Assembly: GCA_963820525.1 (NCBI GenBank)
Contig: CAWGAA010000001.1
Coordinates: 448,001 to 512,000, forward strand
DNA length: 64,000 nt
Source of the DNA: an uncultured Spirochaetota bacterium
GTDB taxonomy: Bacteria; Spirochaetota; Spirochaetia; SZUA-6; Fen-1364
Direction of reading: 5' to 3'
The notes below the pieces were generated by a model that was given only the letters and a program-made list of their open reading frames with translations, was not told where the DNA came from and made no database searches. Shown in pieces: positions 1 to 9,793 of the stretch. The stretch's first letter is position 1. Each line of letters opens with the position of its first letter. The position numbers were made by a program, and so were the translations under genes.

Positions 1-115
1 GAATGAACTCGCTCACCGGCGCGACGGCCGCGGCAGTCCCGTGAGCGCGGCTCTCCGCTGAGCCGCCTCACCTGCGACGCAACTCGGCTTCCGCAGGCCG
101 AAGGCTCCGCGCGTT

Positions 116-751
116 TCAGATCTCGGGCAGCGGTATGCCTTCCCTCGGCATCACCAGGATCTCCTCCGCGCCTTTTGCCGAGTACGTAATGACCCCGCGC
201 TTGATCAATGCCCCAAGGAGAGATTCCACGTCCCTCTCCGTCATTCCCACATGCTCGGAGGCCCATTGCCCGAAATCCGCCACGTTCACCCTGCTGCCCT
301 TGAAGGTGGAGACTCCCTTTTCCCTGGCGTATTCCATGAGGCCGGTCCACAGCTGGTTCAACCTGTTGGTGGACATCAGATGCTGGATGATCGCGTTGGA
401 TTTGCGGATGCGCTCGGAGAGGATGCGGCTCATCTTGCGGGCGAAATCGGGGTTGGACCCGATCATGTTTTCGTAGAGCCTCTCGTTTATCCCCAGGAGC
501 TTGGTCGGCTCGACCGCGACGGCGGTTGCCGAGCGGGGCTTCTTCTCGATGATCGCCATCTCGCCGAAGATGTCGCCTTTCCGGAGCCTGATCAGGGTCT
601 TCGCCGACGAAGGGCCCGTGGCCTTCCTGATCTCCACGGAGCCCTGGATGATGATGAACATGTCGCTTCCCTGCTCGTTCTCGCGGAAGATCACCTGATC
701 CGTCTCGAAGAAGCGGACGTAGTTCTCGAATGTGCTCTTGTCGATCTTCAT
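116..751 (-). CDS. Crp/Fnr-family cyclic-nucleotide-binding domain protein
   Basis: cNMP-binding motifs IFRENEQGSDMFII..G.V and GDIFGEMAII..PRSATAVA; start overlaps the aroB stop. Confidence 0.85.
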   Translation of the reverse strand: MKIDKSTFENYVRFFETDQVIFRENEQGSDMFIIIQGSVEIRKATGPSSAKTLIRLRKGDIFGEMAIIEKKPRSATAVAVEPTKLLGINERLYENMIGSNPDFARKMSRILSERIRKSNAIIQHLMSTNRLNQLWTGLMEYAREKGVSTFKGSRVNVADFGQWASEHVGMTERDVESLLGALIKRGVITYSAKGAEEILVMPREGIPLPEI

Positions 752-1824
752 CTGCCGTGATCGCTCCTTTTCACCTTTCTCGATTCCGGACCGCGAGCCG
801 AAAGGACACGCGCAATCAGGTCTTCTTCGACTTCGACGATCTCCACGCTGCCGGCAGATCGGGGTACCGCGAGGCGGATGCGCCCCCTTCTGCGCTTCTT
901 GTCCATGAGCATCGCGGCCGCGAGATCCCTCTGGTTTGCATCGGTATCAAGCCGATAGCCGTAACCCTCCAGCATTTCAACCACTCCTTCGGCGTACCCG
1001 CGTTCCGTCATGCCGAGGGCAATTCCCGCCTCCAGGGCCTTGGAGATTCCCCAGGCAACGGCCTCCCCGTGAGTCCAGCCGGCAAAGCCCATGCAACTCT
1101 CCAGGGCGTGAGCGAAGGTGTGGCCCAGGTTGAGGACCGCCCTCCCGCCTTCCTCTCTCATGTCGGCGGAGACGACCTCCCCCTTCACGGCGAGGCACCT
1201 CCTCACCACATCGGCAAGGAAAGCGGGATCCCGCGCCATGACCTCCGATCGTCTCCCCTCCAGAGCTTCCAGCAAAATCCGGTCCCCGATCATGGCGGTC
1301 TTGATTGCCTCGGCGAGCCCGGAAAGGTATTCCCTCTGCGGGAGGCTCGACAGGACCGCGGCGTATACGATGATTCGGGAGGCGGGATAAAAAGTCCCCA
1401 CGAGGTTCTTGTAGCCGGCGAAATCGATTCCGGTCTTTCCCCCCATGCTCGCGTCAACCATGGCAAGGAGGGTCGTCGGAACGAGCGTGAGGCCGCATCC
1501 CCGCATGTAGATCGAGGCCGCGAAAGCGGCGAGGTCCGATACCACTCCCCCGCCCACGGCGATTACCATGCCGTCCCGTCCCAGGCCGCGGTCCACCATG
1601 AAGGAGAGAATGGTCTGGGCGCTTTCCCATTTCTTCGCGGCCTCCCCGGCGGGAAGCACGACGGCGCTCGGGGCGCCGGCGCCGAAGAGGGCGTGCGTCG
1701 TGGCGTCGAACACCAAGATGCATCCCGCCGGGCACGAGGAGCCGAGTGCCGCACAATCGAGGGCATCGGGGAACGTGACCTCGGTGGAGAAACCGTCGAA
1801 ACGGAAGGAAAGCGGCTCCATCAT
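748..1824 (-). CDS. aroB: 3-dehydroquinate synthase
   Basis: GGGVVSDLAAFAASIYMRG, PTTLLAMVDASMGGKTG, LNLGHTFAHALE, HGEAVA; start taken at the ATG overlapping the aroA stop. Confidence 0.95.
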   Translation of the reverse strand: MMEPLSFRFDGFSTEVTFPDALDCAALGSSCPAGCILVFDATTHALFGAGAPSAVVLPAGEAAKKWESAQTILSFMVDRGLGRDGMVIAVGGGVVSDLAAFAASIYMRGCGLTLVPTTLLAMVDASMGGKTGIDFAGYKNLVGTFYPASRIIVYAAVLSSLPQREYLSGLAEAIKTAMIGDRILLEALEGRRSEVMARDPAFLADVVRRCLAVKGEVVSADMREEGGRAVLNLGHTFAHALESCMGFAGWTHGEAVAWGISKALEAGIALGMTERGYAEGVVEMLEGYGYRLDTDANQRDLAAAMLMDKKRRRGRIRLAVPRSAGSVEIVEVEEDLIARVLSARGPESRKVKRSDHGR

Positions 1825-3152
1825 TCGACGATACCCCCCAGCCGCCTGAAATCGTCGATGAAATCGGGATAGGAAACCTGGGCAGCCTCGAATCCCTTTA
1901 CCCTCACCCCGGCAGGGATCCCCGCGCCTGCCACGGCCGCAGCCATCGCGATCCTGTGGTCTCCCATCGGATCCACCGTCCCCGCCCGCAGGACTTGCGG
2001 GCCTTCCACGGCGAAGCCTTCGTCCGAAATCTCGATTCTCCCGCCGAAGCTTTCCACGAGGCGGCCGATCATGGCCAGCCTGTCGCTCTCCTTGTACTTG
2101 AGCTCCGCGGCTCCCCGCACTTCGGTCCTGCCGCGGGCGAAGAGGCCGAGCACCGCCACCAGCGGAATCTCGTCGATGAGGTCCGGCACTTCCCCGCTCT
2201 CCACTGCGGCGGCCGAGAGCGGGGCCGGGGATGCGCGGATGCTTCCAATCGGCTCTCCCAGAGAGGATCGATCCTCGGCGACCTCGATCGATGCGCCCAT
2301 GCGGCGGAGCACTGAAAGAAATCCCAGGCGCGTGGGGTTGATCCCGCAGCCCGTAACCGTGATGGCGTGACCCGAGATGAGCGCGGCGGCAAGGAAAAAC
2401 GAGGCCGAGGAGATATCGCCGGGGACCTCGAAGGAGAAGGAGGGGAGTCGGGGCACCGGGGTCACTTCCAGCGTGCCGCGCTCCGCTTTGAGCGGGACGC
2501 CGAGGGCTGAAAGAAGCCTCTCGGTATGGTCCCGCGATGAGCCGGCTGCCTCCTGGATCCGCGTGGTTCCCTCCGCCCGCAAGGCGGCAAGCAGGATGGC
2601 GCTCTTTACCTGCGCGCTCGCTACGGGGAGGGCGTAGCTGATGGGAGAGAGGCTTCCGCCGCCGGGGAGAAAGCACAGGGGCGCAAGCTTCCCCCCCTCC
2701 CTGCCTTCGATGCGGGCCCCCATGCTGCGGAGGGGCTCCACCACTCTCGCCATGGGGCGTTGTCTGAGGGAGGAGTCTCCCGTCATCACGGCAAAAAGGG
2801 GAAGACCGGCAAGGAGGCCGGAGAGCAGGCGCATGCTGGTGCCCGAGTTTTCCGCGTCGAGCACCCCGGCGGGCTCGCGCAGGCCGCGCAGGCCGAGCCC
2901 CCGGATCGTGACTTCACGCGCACCACCGCCGGCGGACGGCCTTCCAGCGCCGCGGCCCCCCTCGCAGACTGCGCCGAGCGCCTCCATGCAGCGCCGCGTG
3001 GAGAGGCAATCCCCCGTCTCCAGAGGGTTTGAAACACGGCTCTCGCCGTCAGCGATCGCCGCGAGCATGAATGCCCTGTGCGTGAGGGATTTGTCGGCGG
3101 GCGGAACGATCTCGCCGCCGATGCCGCGCGGGGCACGAAACCGCATCTCCAT
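1821..3152 (-). CDS. aroA: 3-phosphoshikimate 1-carboxyvinyltransferase (EPSP synthase)
   Basis: DKSLTHRA, NSGTSMRL, SAQVKSAILLA, RDHTERLL, KESDRL, DHRIAM; start at ATG 3152 supported by the promoter position. Confidence 0.95.
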   Translation of the reverse strand: MEMRFRAPRGIGGEIVPPADKSLTHRAFMLAAIADGESRVSNPLETGDCLSTRRCMEALGAVCEGGRGAGRPSAGGGAREVTIRGLGLRGLREPAGVLDAENSGTSMRLLSGLLAGLPLFAVMTGDSSLRQRPMARVVEPLRSMGARIEGREGGKLAPLCFLPGGGSLSPISYALPVASAQVKSAILLAALRAEGTTRIQEAAGSSRDHTERLLSALGVPLKAERGTLEVTPVPRLPSFSFEVPGDISSASFFLAAALISGHAITVTGCGINPTRLGFLSVLRRMGASIEVAEDRSSLGEPIGSIRASPAPLSAAAVESGEVPDLIDEIPLVAVLGLFARGRTEVRGAAELKYKESDRLAMIGRLVESFGGRIEISDEGFAVEGPQVLRAGTVDPMGDHRIAMAAAVAGAGIPAGVRVKGFEAAQVSYPDFIDDFRRLGGIVE

Positions 3153-3159
3153 GGAACCG

Positions 3160-3188
3160 AGCTTATGCAATGATGTATATCGTGTCAA
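3160..3188 (-). promoter_or_regulatory. Sigma70-type promoter of aroA (leaderless)
   Basis: On the minus strand TTGACA-17 nt-TAAGCT, 7 nt before the ATG. Confidence 0.7.
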
Positions 3189-3259
3189 ATGTCAGGCGCG
3201 AAAGCGCGCGGCGGTGCACCGCGTGTTGGGCGGCGAGCGCCGGGTTGCGGGACTCCTCC

Positions 3260-3715
3260 TCACTCCCACTTCTGCAGCTCTATGATGTTTCCTTCAGGAT
3301 CGCGAGCGTAGACGAAGAGAATCGATCCCATCCCGCTGATCCGCGTGGAAACGATTGAGCCGACTCTGCTGCCGCCGTATTTTTCGATCTTTCGAAGGGC
3401 GCGATCGACATCCTTCACGGCGAATGCGATATGCGCCAGGCCCGGCCTGTTGACGGCAGATCGTGTTCCCCGTGTTTCCCGGGAGTATTGAAAAATCTCC
3501 AGCGTGGGGCCATCCGCGCCGTATCCGGGAAGACGAAGATGGATCCCCTCGATGTGGGCATCTTTCAATGCGGTGGCTTCATCGAGCCACCTGCCTTTCA
3601 AGTTCCGCTTCGGGGGCTTGCGCGTGCAGCCGAGGGCGGTGACGTAGAACTGCGCCAGAGGTTTCCAGGCCTTTGCAACGATGTTCGTGTGGACATATCT
3701 GGTTTCGTATTTCAT
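3260..3715 (-). CDS. VOC/glyoxalase family protein
   Basis: HTNIVA..., LEIFQY, GLAHIAFAVKDVD, YARDPEGNIIELQ. Confidence 0.85.
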   Translation of the reverse strand: MKYETRYVHTNIVAKAWKPLAQFYVTALGCTRKPPKRNLKGRWLDEATALKDAHIEGIHLRLPGYGADGPTLEIFQYSRETRGTRSAVNRPGLAHIAFAVKDVDRALRKIEKYGGSRVGSIVSTRISGMGSILFVYARDPEGNIIELQKWE

Positions 3716-3851
3716 TGAAGCTCGATCGGATGATACGACGCGACCCGTGAAAACGCAATTCCCTGCCCAAGGTGACCCAGGACTGCTGCGCGATCAATTG
3801 ACAGGGGAGCCTCGCGGGATCTACCCTCGCGGAGGGGTTTCCCCCACACGT

Positions 3852-4688
3852 ATGATAGACCTGCACACTCACTCGACGGCGTCCGACGGGACGTGTTCGC
3901 CGGGCGAGCTCATCGACCTCGCCGCCCAGCGAGGTATTTCCGCTCTCGCCCTGACCGACCACGACACCCTCTCCGGCCTTGAAGCCGCGCAGGACCGCGC
4001 ACGGACTGCCGGCATCCGATTCATCCCCGGCGTGGAGATCGAGATTGAAAGCCTCCGGGGGGAGTTCCATCTGCTCGGGCTGGGGCTTTCGGGGGACCGC
4101 AGCCGGCTCGCCGATGCGCTCCAGGAGGTCCGCCGGAGAAGGCACGAGAGGAACCTCGTGATGATCGGGAAGCTTCGAAACGCGGGATTCGACATCAGCC
4201 TGGAGGAGCTCTCCGCTGCGGCGGGGGGAGAGGTTGTCAGCCGAGCGCATTTCGCGCGCCTTCTCATGGCAAAGAAATACGTGAGCTCCATTGAGAAGGC
4301 CTTCAAGCGCTATCTTGGAAAAGGGCAGCCCTTCTACGAGGCCAGAAAATGCCTCTCTCTTTCCGAGGCGGTGTCCATCATACGCGGCGCCGGCGGCATT
4401 TCCGTCATCGCGCATCCGCTCTCACTCCAGATGCGGGGCCCGGCCTTGCGCCAGTTCCTCGAGCACTGCAGGGGGATAGGCGTGGCGGGGATCGAAGCGT
4501 ATCACCCCACTCATCCCCTCAAGGACGCGCGGCGGCTCGAGCGGCTGGGCCGGAGGCTGGATCTGCTCATCACGGGAGGCTCGGACTTCCATGGCAGCGC
4601 CATCCCCCAGCGCCGCCTCGGCTATGCGTCGGGAGGGCTTCCGATCCCCGATGCGCTTCTCGATGCGTTGCGCTTGGACCCGAGTTGA
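3852..4688 (+). CDS. PHP-domain metal-dependent phosphoesterase (TrpH/YciV-like)
   Basis: DLHTHSTASDG, ALTDHDT, GVEI, AHP, TGGSDFHG; upstream TTGACA(3798)-18-TACCCT(3822). Confidence 0.9.
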   Translation: MIDLHTHSTASDGTCSPGELIDLAAQRGISALALTDHDTLSGLEAAQDRARTAGIRFIPGVEIEIESLRGEFHLLGLGLSGDRSRLADALQEVRRRRHERNLVMIGKLRNAGFDISLEELSAAAGGEVVSRAHFARLLMAKKYVSSIEKAFKRYLGKGQPFYEARKCLSLSEAVSIIRGAGGISVIAHPLSLQMRGPALRQFLEHCRGIGVAGIEAYHPTHPLKDARRLERLGRRLDLLITGGSDFHGSAIPQRRLGYASGGLPIPDALLDALRLDPS

Positions 4689-4709
4689 ACTATACTGCCA
4701 GACACCACG

Positions 4710-5486
4710 ATGATCGCAGCGCTCGGCAAATGGGCCAATGAAAAGGCGCGGGATTTCTCATATGCCCTCGGCTTCTTTTTCCAGGTCCTCAAGGAGACGG
4801 TGTTCTTTGTCCGCCGTAAACAGGTCGCCTTCAAGGTCCTGGTCATGCAGATCCTCTTCACCGGCGTGGATGCTCTTGGCATCGTCGCCCTCGTGGCGCT
4901 GTCAATCGGGGCGGTCATCATCGTGGAGGGAAACACGATCCTCCCCCGCTTCGGCCAGACCAGCCTCCTGTACTCGATCCTCATCGTCGTGATCACCCGC
5001 GAGCTGGGTCCGATCCTGACGGCCTTCATCATCATCGCGCGGTCCGGAACCGCCATCACAACGGAGCTTGCCAACATGGTGGTGTCCCACGAGATCGAGG
5101 CCTATATCTCGGTCGGCATCAACCCCATCTCCTACCTCGTCGTGCCGCGTTTTCTCGGGGTCATCATCTCGGTGATGCTCCTCACCGTGTACTTCGACTT
5201 CTTCGGGCTGTTCGGCTCCTTCCTGGTGTCCCAGATCATCAGGCCGGTCCCCTTCCTGGAGTATTTCAGGTCCATCCTCGCCACCCTCCAGGTCAGGGAC
5301 GTAATCTCCACCTTCGTGAAGAGCTTCGTTTTCGGGGTCATCGTTTCGGTGGTGGCCACCTACCAGGGATTCCGCGTGCGCACATCGACAACCGAGATCC
5401 CGCCGGCCGCCATCCGGTCCGTGGGGCAGGGTTTCGTGCTCTGCTTCCTTGCCGATGCGGTCATCACCCTCATCTACTATGTCTGA
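4710..5486 (+). CDS. mlaE: MlaE-family lipid ABC transporter permease
   Basis: RELGPILTAFIIIARSGTAITTELANM..SHEIEA....GINPISYLVVPR. Confidence 0.9.
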   Translation: MIAALGKWANEKARDFSYALGFFFQVLKETVFFVRRKQVAFKVLVMQILFTGVDALGIVALVALSIGAVIIVEGNTILPRFGQTSLLYSILIVVITRELGPILTAFIIIARSGTAITTELANMVVSHEIEAYISVGINPISYLVVPRFLGVIISVMLLTVYFDFFGLFGSFLVSQIIRPVPFLEYFRSILATLQVRDVISTFVKSFVFGVIVSVVATYQGFRVRTSTTEIPPAAIRSVGQGFVLCFLADAVITLIYYV

Positions 5487-6273
5487 GCTGATAGAGCTTC
5501 GCGGCGTGACGGTCACTCTGGGAGACTACGCGGTTCTGCGAGACGTGACCGTGGCATTCCCCGAGGGCAAGAGCACCGTCATCATGGGCCCCTCGGGCTG
5601 CGGCAAGAGCACCCTCCTGAAGGTGGCGGCCGGAATCACGCCTCCGGACAAGGGCAGCGTGTTCTACCGCGGAGAGGACATTTTCTGGATGTCCGAGCGC
5701 AGGGTGCGCGAGATGCGCGCGGTCAACGGATTCGTGTTCCAGGACGCCGCCCTCTGGGAGAACAAGACGATCTTCGACAACCTCGCCCTTCCCCTCCAGG
5801 TGCACGCGCCGGGGCTTTCCCGCGCGGAGATCGAGCGGCGCGTTGTTCGGATGCTTGAGCGCGGCGAGCTGGTGGATTCCATCACCCTGAGGCCCGCGCA
5901 GCTTTCCGGCGGTGAGCGCAAGTTCGTCTCGTTTCTGCGCGCCATCATCCTCGAGCCGTCCCTGCTCTTCCTCGACTCCCCCACCGGCACGATCGATCCC
6001 GCGCTCGCCGACCGCATAACGGGGATGATACGGGAGATCAAGGCGGGAGGCTGCTCCATCCTTGCCGTCAGCCACGACCGCAGGCTCGCCTCCACCCTTG
6101 CGGATCGCCTGGTCGTGCTCTCCGAGGGCTCTCTCCTGGCGCAGGGGGATTTCGATTCGGTGAAGAGAAGCTCCGATGCGAGGGTTCGCGCCGTGCTCTC
6201 CGAGGTGCTGGGAGAGATCGCCTCTTTCGACACGGATCTGCTCACCCTCCTGGGCGGGGAGGACGCGAATTGA
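5479..6273 (+). CDS. mlaF: MlaF-like ABC transporter ATP-binding protein
   Basis: Walker A GPSGCGKS, signature LSGGE, atypical Walker B LFLDSP, H-loop SHD; overlaps the mlaE end. Confidence 0.85.
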   Translation: MSELIELRGVTVTLGDYAVLRDVTVAFPEGKSTVIMGPSGCGKSTLLKVAAGITPPDKGSVFYRGEDIFWMSERRVREMRAVNGFVFQDAALWENKTIFDNLALPLQVHAPGLSRAEIERRVVRMLERGELVDSITLRPAQLSGGERKFVSFLRAIILEPSLLFLDSPTGTIDPALADRITGMIREIKAGGCSILAVSHDRRLASTLADRLVVLSEGSLLAQGDFDSVKRSSDARVRAVLSEVLGEIASFDTDLLTLLGGEDAN

Positions 6274-6299
6274 CAGTAACGGAAGCGCGGGGATAGGAT
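6270..6299 (+). promoter_or_regulatory. Sigma70-type promoter of the MlaD gene (leaderless)
   Basis: TTGACA-18 nt-TAGGAT, 7 nt before ATG 6307. Confidence 0.55.
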
Positions 6300-6306
6300 T
6301 CAAGGG

Positions 6307-7422
6307 ATGAAGTTCAGGATCCGTTTCGTGGATCAGATCGTGGGCATCTTCGTTCTGCTCGCCATTGTCGGCATCGCCGTGATCCTCATCTTCATCGGCA
6401 TCAACCAGAGATGGTTCGCCAAGAACTACTATTTCACGAGCACGTTCCCCTCCGGGGAGGGGCTCGCCGTGGGGATGCCCATCATGCTGCAGGGCTTCGA
6501 GATAGGGAAGATATCGCGCTCTTCCCTCACCACCGACAACCGCGTTGATATCGAGTTCTCCGTCGAGGATACCTACTACGACAAGATCCTTCCCTATACC
6601 GTGATCGAGCTCATCTCGAGCCCCATCGGTCTGGGCACGACCCTGAAGCTCCACCCCGGCAAGGCCAAGGGAAGCCCATTGCCGGAGCACTCCCTCATTC
6701 CCTCGCTGAACTCGCCCGAGGGACAGGAATACGTGGACAAGGGCCTCGTCGAGATGCCGAAGGGGGAGGACGTCATCGGCTCCGTCCTGGCCAAGGTCAA
6801 CCCGATCCTCGACGAGACGAGGAACACCATCGCGCAGCTTCGGCGCGTGGCAACGGATGTGGACCTCGCCCTCAACGGCAAGGGCGGGCCGGTCGGTTCG
6901 ATGGTAAACGAGCTCTCCCTGACCCCCGCCCGGCTCAACCGCACCATCGACATCGTCAACGACAGGGTGGACACCATCACCAATGATGTGAACGTCATCA
7001 CGGGCAAGACCGAAGACATCCTCGGCCGCATCGACACGGTGACAAAGAACCTGCAGGAGATATCGGAGAACCTCAAGGCCACCTCGGAAGGCCTCAAGGA
7101 CACCAAGGGGCTGGCGATGCGGCTCCTGGATCCCAAGGGGTCGGTCAACAGCTTCATGAACGACGACAACGCGCTGTACAACCAGGTTGACGAGGCGCTG
7201 AAAAACCTCAACCAGATCACGGTGCAGATCAAGGGCTTTGTCGACTACGTCAACGGAACCCGGCCGCAGATCTCCAACCTCTTGGAAAAAGGGAGCACGA
7301 CGCTGGACCAAGGCAAGGACGTTCTGGAGGCCGTGAAGAACAATCCTCTGCTCAAGGGCGGGGTCCCCGAGAAGAAGCCTCAAAGCTCGACCCTCAACAG
7401 CTATCGGGACGAGGATTTCTGA
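6307..7422 (+). CDS. MlaD/MCE family protein
   Basis: N-terminal TM, GL.VG.PI...G..IGKI MCE motif, long helical C-terminal region. Confidence 0.85.
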   Translation: MKFRIRFVDQIVGIFVLLAIVGIAVILIFIGINQRWFAKNYYFTSTFPSGEGLAVGMPIMLQGFEIGKISRSSLTTDNRVDIEFSVEDTYYDKILPYTVIELISSPIGLGTTLKLHPGKAKGSPLPEHSLIPSLNSPEGQEYVDKGLVEMPKGEDVIGSVLAKVNPILDETRNTIAQLRRVATDVDLALNGKGGPVGSMVNELSLTPARLNRTIDIVNDRVDTITNDVNVITGKTEDILGRIDTVTKNLQEISENLKATSEGLKDTKGLAMRLLDPKGSVNSFMNDDNALYNQVDEALKNLNQITVQIKGFVDYVNGTRPQISNLLEKGSTTLDQGKDVLEAVKNNPLLKGGVPEKKPQSSTLNSYRDEDF

Positions 7423-8345
7423 TGTCCGGGACCGCGCGCATCCTCGCCGCCGTGGCGATTCTTGTCTCGGCCGCCTGCTCTTCCGCTCCCCCGAAGACAG
7501 ATACCGTCTCCGACGTGAAAAACCAGGCCGCCGACGCCACCGACACGGGAAACCGCTACTACCGCCAGGGCCGCTGGGACATGGCCCTCCGCTTCTTTTC
7601 CCAGGCCCTCGATTTCAACAGCTCGGTGGACAACCAGGCCGGGATCATCCAGTCCTACAATTCGATGGCGAAGGTCCACATGGCCATGGGCAGCTATGAC
7701 CTCGCCGAGGCGACGCTGATGAAGGCCCTGCCGCTCTGCCAGGGGGCGGGAAACGAGGCGCTCTTCTTCATCACATGCGACAACCTCGGGGAGCTGTACC
7801 TGCTGCGGGGGGATGCGCAGAAGGCAATCGATACGCTCCAGCAGGCCCTTGCAATCCCCCCGGGGAAGCTCAGCCGGCAGCAGACCGCCATTCTCTATCA
7901 CGACATGGGATCAGCCTACAAGACCGCGGGCGATTTCGCGCGCGCCAAAGAGCTCCTGGAAAAATCGCTCGCCATCAACCTCGCCGCGAAGCTGGGCGAG
8001 GAAACGGCCGCGGACTACTACATGCTCGCCTCCGTCTCCTCGAAATCGGGGGACTACAAGGCCGCCGATGCGAACCTCCAGCTCGCGCTTTCCTTCGACA
8101 AGAAGGTCGAGAACTCCATCGGAATAGCGAAGGACCTCTATGCCCTGGGGCTCGTCGCCGTCAAACGGGGGGATGCCCAAGGGGCATACGACTCTTTCAG
8201 GCGCTCCTACCTCGCGTACGCTTCCCTGGGATTCACGGAGGATACGAAGCGGGCCCTCGAGAAGCTGATCGCGAGCTCGGATGAGCTGGGCAGGGCGGAT
8301 GAGGCGGCGAGCTATCGCAAATCACTCCAGGAATTGGGGAATTGA
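7422..8345 (+). CDS. TPR-repeat lipoprotein
   Basis: Lipobox-like SAAC and multiple TPR helices; coupled to the mlaD stop. Confidence 0.8.
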   Translation: MSGTARILAAVAILVSAACSSAPPKTDTVSDVKNQAADATDTGNRYYRQGRWDMALRFFSQALDFNSSVDNQAGIIQSYNSMAKVHMAMGSYDLAEATLMKALPLCQGAGNEALFFITCDNLGELYLLRGDAQKAIDTLQQALAIPPGKLSRQQTAILYHDMGSAYKTAGDFARAKELLEKSLAINLAAKLGEETAADYYMLASVSSKSGDYKAADANLQLALSFDKKVENSIGIAKDLYALGLVAVKRGDAQGAYDSFRRSYLAYASLGFTEDTKRALEKLIASSDELGRADEAASYRKSLQELGN

Positions 8346-8346
8346 T

Positions 8347-8811
8347 TTGGCAACCCCGATCTTCAGCCGGGTGCTTCGCGGGTACCTGGGGATATTCAAG
8401 GCGGTCGGTTTCATCCTGGCTCTCCTGGGGGCGAGCGCCGGCCTGGGATTTCTTGTCGCGTGGCCCCTCTGGTTTTTCGCCACATCCAGCCGCTTAGCCT
8501 ACTCGATCTTTACCACGGCGGTGCTCTGCGCGGGAGTCGCCTACTTCGTGTTCAACAAGATCCGGCGCCGTCAACCCCGTGGCTACGGCCGGCCGGGAAA
8601 TCGCAGACCGCTGGGCGCCGCCGCGCTGATTCTGCTGTGGGTCGTCCTCCTTGCCGCGGGAGCGTACCTGGTGATCCTGCTTGCGCTTCGCGGCATGTAC
8701 ATCCTGGCAATCCCGGTTTCGATCCTCCTGCTGGCGGCTCTCGGATACATCGCCTATGCCGCTTCTGCCGGCGGCAAGGCCGGCGATCTTCATCCCAAAA
8801 AACAACCCTGA
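8347..8811 (+). CDS. Small 4-TM membrane protein, hypothetical
   Basis: Four hydrophobic segments; probable TTG start right after the previous stop. Confidence 0.65.
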   Translation: MATPIFSRVLRGYLGIFKAVGFILALLGASAGLGFLVAWPLWFFATSSRLAYSIFTTAVLCAGVAYFVFNKIRRRQPRGYGRPGNRRPLGAAALILLWVVLLAAGAYLVILLALRGMYILAIPVSILLLAALGYIAYAASAGGKAGDLHPKKQP

Positions 8812-8845
8812 ACGGGGCCTCGAATCATGCCGAGAATGGGTATGA

Positions 8846-9763
8846 GTGGTCAGGATGAAGAGAATATACGCGCTCGTCGTCTTCCTGCTTGTTCCTCTGG
8901 CGCATGGGGCAGCCGGCGACTACCCGCAAATCCTCTCCCTGTCGCGCGACGACATGCTTTTCGTCCAGCTCGAGGATGATATCGAGAGCTTCTACCGCAT
9001 CTCCCGCCAGCGGGAGCCGGAGAGCCCTCCGCCGCTTGGCATTTTCACATATCAAAGAAAGCAAACGGAAGACCTTTTCTCTCTCAACGCCCGGCTCAAC
9101 CTCTCTTACGAGACCCTGGCAACCTTGAATGGGATCGAAAGCCCCCAGGCCATGGGAAGGCTTGACAGCATCCTCATCTCCTCCCAGCCCGGAATATTCG
9201 TTTCAGACCCTCCGCGAACGGAGCTGGAGCAGATGATGCTCGGCTCACGCCTCCAGCAGGGAAAGCTGCCCCAAAAGGTCGTGGTCTGGCGCTGCGCAAA
9301 GAGGCAGAATCTCTCCTTTTTCCCGGGGAGCCAGTTCAGCGACGTTGAAAGGGCGTTCTTCCTGCGGATCCTCTTTCGCTTCCCCATAGCCGAAGGGTCG
9401 ATCACCTCCCGCTATGGGCCCCGTCAAAACCCTTTTTCCGGCCACCCCGAGTTTCATGGCGGCATCGATATAGGCGCCCATGAGGGAACGGAGGTGCACG
9501 CGGCGCGCGATGGCACCGTATCCGAGAGGGCGGTCAGCCCGATCCTCGGCAATTACCTCGTCGTGAGCCATCCCGGGGGCTACCAGACGGTCTATGGACA
9601 CCTTTCGGCATTCAATGTTACTCTAGGACAGGAGGTGAGCGCCGGATCGGTCATCGGGCGGGTCGGGAATACCGGCCTTGCCACGGGGCCCCATCTCCAT
9701 TTCGAGGTCAGGAACAGGGGAGCGACTGAGGATCCCTTCCTGGTCTTGCGCGTGAAGAGGTAG
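8846..9763 (+). CDS. M23-family metallopeptidase with a LysM-like segment
   Basis: Signal peptide, HGGID, YGHL, GNTGLATGPHLHFE. Confidence 0.9.
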   Translation: MVRMKRIYALVVFLLVPLAHGAAGDYPQILSLSRDDMLFVQLEDDIESFYRISRQREPESPPPLGIFTYQRKQTEDLFSLNARLNLSYETLATLNGIESPQAMGRLDSILISSQPGIFVSDPPRTELEQMMLGSRLQQGKLPQKVVVWRCAKRQNLSFFPGSQFSDVERAFFLRILFRFPIAEGSITSRYGPRQNPFSGHPEFHGGIDIGAHEGTEVHAARDGTVSERAVSPILGNYLVVSHPGGYQTVYGHLSAFNVTLGQEVSAGSVIGRVGNTGLATGPHLHFEVRNRGATEDPFLVLRVKR

Positions 9764-9793
9764 GCGAAAAAGGGGCTCAATATTACTATTCTT

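Noticed and set aside
1825..2676. Apparent long N-terminal extension of AroB (likewise for GcvH, NuoB, NuoG, NuoJ, NuoL, NuoN and the TPR ORF at 15630)
   Set aside because: Open-frame run-through overlapping the neighbouring gene; real starts lie at the coupled ATG/GTG codons, so these are not fusions.
5470..7383. 637-aa minus-strand ORF (and similar long ORFs at 21501-22919, 27705-29357, 38141-40096 and 57171-58511)
   Set aside because: Antisense shadows of well-supported genes, expected from high GC3 codon bias; no recognisable motifs.
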